In this document: piece by piece, positions 61,445 to 64,000 of the stretch
Layout: each line of letters begins with the position of its first letter
Numbering within the stretch: position 1 is the stretch's first letter
DNA from: Candidatus Hydrogenedentota bacterium
Lineage (GTDB): Bacteria; Hydrogenedentota; Hydrogenedentia; Hydrogenedentales; SLHB01
Length of the DNA stretch: 64,000 nt
Assembly: GCA_963668025.2 (NCBI GenBank)
Contig: CAXXTH010000017.1
Coordinates: 256,001 to 320,000, forward strand
Direction: 5' to 3'
Notes under the pieces: generated by a model
What the model was told of the DNA's origin: nothing
Seen by the model: only the letters and a program-made list of their open reading frames with translations
Database searches by the model: none
Position numbers and translations under genes: made by a program

Positions 61445-61599
61445 ATCGAGGAATCGAACTCCAGTTTATGGTATGGTGCTGGGTGATTGTCAGCATTGCC
61501 GGGGCGGATGTCAATGCGTATATCCAGCCCGCCTGTACTCCATGCGAGTCCGTGGGGTACACTACAGCAGCTCAAGCGGAACGGAATAGGCCTTTTTGT

Positions 61600-61930
61600 A
61601 CCACGAATGGACACCAATGTTCACGAATATATCCGTGAACATGTTTTTGCAACTCCCGTGGCATGGGCGTCTCGCCCATACGAGAAAGGAGAGGGCGCAT
61701 GAAAAACGCATGCCGTAACTATTTGATATAAAAATAGTTTTACACAAAACATTCGTGATAAAATAATATTTTTCGGATAGTAGCACGAAAGATGGCCGAC
61801 GAATAGGAAGCAGCATCACACTCAAGGTATTTTCCATTTTTAGAATATCTTATCTATATTTTGACATTTTTACACATTAAACGTTGTTTAATATTCGTGC
61901 TCATTGGTGTCCATTCGTGGTCAAAAAAAC
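61600..61930. repeat. AT-rich intergenic element bounded by inverted ATTCGTG-type repeats, containing a REP and an IHF-like site
   Basis: accacgaatggacaccaatgttcacgaat ... attcgtgctcattggtgtccattcgtggt; the same motif precedes the FG-GAP genes (near 15392, 24918, 26221). Confidence 0.65.
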
Positions 61931-61957
61931 ACCTATTTTGAGGTGATGATCAAGCAT

Positions 61958-62710
61958 ATGCCAGACGCTCCCGATATCAACAAAGACTGGTTCGCGCATT
62001 CCTTTGATGCGCTATATCCCATTATTTACGCCCACCGCACCGTCGAGGCGGCGGAGCCGGAAGCGCGCGCGGCGGCGGACTGGCTCGGCGTCACGTGCAA
62101 CGATGATATCCTTGATTTATGCTGCGGCGCAGGGCGGCACATGGTCCATCTGCGCCCCCGCGCGGGCAGCGTTACGGGTCTAGATTACTCAGCCGACTTG
62201 CTGGCGCTTGCATCCCGCTCTCTAGGGCCAGGCGCGCGCCTCGTGCGAGCCGACATGCGGGCCATCCCATTCGTGGAAACCTTCGACGTAGTGGTGAATT
62301 TCTTCACGAGCTTCGGGTATTTTTTCACCCATGCGGAAAATCTGGCGGTGGCGCGCGGCCTGGCGAGGGCGTTGCGGCCCGGCGGCCGGTTCTTCATTGA
62401 CTATGTGAATGGGCGGCACGTGGAACAGCACCTTCAACCACATACGGTCCGCGAGTCGGCGGGTTACATGATCACCGAAGATCGATGGCTGGACGCATCT
62501 CCGCGCCGTGTCAATAAACGAATGTTTGTGGTGCGCGACGGCGTCGAGGTGCGTCGGCAGGAGGAATCCGTACGGCTCTATACGCCGGAGGAATTCATGC
62601 AATTGTTGTCAGAAGCGGGCCTGGAAGTGGAGCGGCTCATGGGCGAATACGGCGGCTCTCCCCTCGAAGACGCCCAGCCCCGCATGATCGCCGTGGGGCG
62701 CAGGCCATGA
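61958..62710 (+). CDS. Class I SAM-dependent methyltransferase
   Basis: ILDLCCGAGRH, GLDYS, ADMR, FTSFGYF, LRPGGRF; ATGA overlap with the next gene. Confidence 0.9.
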   Translation: MPDAPDINKDWFAHSFDALYPIIYAHRTVEAAEPEARAAADWLGVTCNDDILDLCCGAGRHMVHLRPRAGSVTGLDYSADLLALASRSLGPGARLVRADMRAIPFVETFDVVVNFFTSFGYFFTHAENLAVARGLARALRPGGRFFIDYVNGRHVEQHLQPHTVRESAGYMITEDRWLDASPRRVNKRMFVVRDGVEVRRQEESVRLYTPEEFMQLLSEAGLEVERLMGEYGGSPLEDAQPRMIAVGRRP

Positions 62711-64000
62711 AGAGTTTTCTCGCGGCTTATGTCGCTGAAGAGCCGGGCGTGGCGGCGCTGTTCGGGCGCATGCCGGACGCCTTGCTGCGTGAAGGCGCGG
62801 AAGCGGCGGCGTGGGAGCCCTCGCTGGTGGCGGCCTTGGATGCGCATCAGGCCCGTTTAGGCTCGAACGCCCATGCGCCCGCGCATGCCGCCGCCATCGT
62901 CACGGGGCAGCAGCCGGGCCTGCTCACGGGGCCGCTCTATACGATTTACAAGGCCGCAACGGCCATACGCCTGGCGCACGCCATCGAGGAAACCTCGGGT
63001 GCGGCATGCGTCCCGGTGTTTTGGTGCGCCAGCGAAGACCACGACTTCGAGGAAGTCCGCGAGGCCCATATCTTCACGAAACAGTGTGACACCTTGACAC
63101 TGCGCTATGCGCCCGAAGCGGACGTAAATGAATGGCCCATGTATCGCGTGCCCGCCGAGTCTTCCTTGCACGCCCTGATCGACCAAGCGGCGGAAGCCGC
63201 GCGCGGCTCTCTCGAACGCGCCACTGTAGCGGAGTTTCTGCATGAGTCGCTCGATGCGTCGGAGTCTTTCGCGGATTGGTTTATGCGCATCCTGGCGCGC
63301 CTGTTCCGCGATACGCCGCTCGTGTTGTTCGCGCCCCATTGGCCCGAGGCCCGCGCCGCCGCCGCGCCTATCATCGAGCGGGAGATTCTAGAACCGTTAG
63401 CCACGACGCGCCTGTTGCGGGAAGGCGCGCGACACGTCGAATCCCTTGGATTCGACCCGCAAGTGCTCAAACGCGAGGACGAGTGCTGTTTCTTCCTGGA
63501 AGTGGATGGCCACCGATGTAAGGCGCTTTACCGCGATGGACGCTACCGCATTCCCGCCGCCCGCCTCGAATATTCGCCTGATGAACTCGCCCAAGTCTTG
63601 CATGCCGAACCCGGACGCTTCAGCCCCAATGTCGCCTTGCGCCCCATCGTACAGCAGCATCTTTTCCCCACGGCGGCCTACGTGGCCGGCCCGGGCGAAC
63701 TGGCCTATTGGGCGCAACTCAAGGGCGTCTTCACCCATTTCGGCCTCCCCATGCCGGTGGCGTATCCGCGCGCACGCGCCGTGCTCGAATCCCTAAAGGC
63801 CCGGCAGCTTCTCGAAAAAACAGGCCTCGCGCTCGAACGCCTCACGGAGCCGCGCGAAGCGCTCATCGAGGCGGCCCTGCGGGCGGAGCCGCCGAATGAG
63901 GCATCGAAGGCGTTCGCAGCGCATCAGCAGGATATCACCGAACGCATCGAAGCGATGCGCGCCGAACTCGCCCAGCAAGACGCGCGCGCGGGTAAAATGG
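62707..64000 (+). CDS. bshC: Bacillithiol biosynthesis cysteine-adding enzyme, 3'-truncated by window
   Basis: Not in the ORF track (no stop in window); manual translation gives IVTGQQPGLLTGPLYTIYK, VPVFWCASEDHDFEE, FSPNVALRP..Q, YVAGPGELAYWAQL. Confidence 0.9.
   Translation, partial: MKSFLAAYVAEEPGVAALFGRMPDALLREGAEAAAWEPSLVAALDAHQARLGSNAHAPAHAAAIVTGQQPGLLTGPLYTIYKAATAIRLAHAIEETSGAACVPVFWCASEDHDFEEVREAHIFTKQCDTLTLRYAPEADVNEWPMYRVPAESSLHALIDQAAEAARGSLERATVAEFLHESLDASESFADWFMRILARLFRDTPLVLFAPHWPEARAAAAPIIEREILEPLATTRLLREGARHVESLGFDPQVLKREDECCFFLEVDGHRCKALYRDGRYRIPAARLEYSPDELAQVLHAEPGRFSPNVALRPIVQQHLFPTAAYVAGPGELAYWAQLKGVFTHFGLPMPVAYPRARAVLESLKARQLLEKTGLALERLTEPREALIEAALRAEPPNEASKAFAAHQQDITERIEAMRAELAQQDARAGKM

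Noticed and set aside
61445-61600. tRNA or ncRNA upstream of tadA (GTTCGATTCC-like string on the minus strand)
   Set aside because: No cloverleaf or acceptor stem can be built, and the string sits directly in front of the tadA start codon

Overview
Bacterial chromosomal window of moderately high GC with AT-rich patches. The DUF1559 pilin-like protein style and the secreted hypothetical proteins suggest Ca. Hydrogenedentes or a PVC-like lineage (inference). The backbone is housekeeping and metabolic: kpsF/kdsD end, kdsA, DEAD-box helicase, Mrp/HCF101-like Fe-S carrier, thioesterase, mfd, yhaM, phoB-phoR-like pair, HTH-PTS EIIA/antiporter/GH38 operon, tadA, and a methyltransferase-bshC pair. 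Five accessory features stand out. (1) A duplicated, convergent system of TPR protein, secreted M15-type peptidoglycan peptidase and an array of FG-GAP paralogues (14.1-16.6 kb and 23.7-29.7 kb), resembling an undescribed effector/immunity system. (2) An intact orphan terminase-large-subunit-like gene with a small helical partner and no other phage genes (29.9-31.9 kb). (3) An MCE/Mla-Pqi transporter gene cluster containing a complete partner-switching module (FHA-GAF-PP2C, RsbW-like kinase, STAS) with no sigma factor (36.3-43.3 kb). (4) An ISKra4-type IS with an 8-bp TSD splitting a gene that can be rebuilt in frame. (5) A kinase gene flanked by 47-bp direct repeats. Several families of short intergenic palindromes and four exact IHF-consensus 14-mers are also present. 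No rRNA, tRNA or CRISPR array was seen. All family calls come from motif recognition by eye; no database searches were run.
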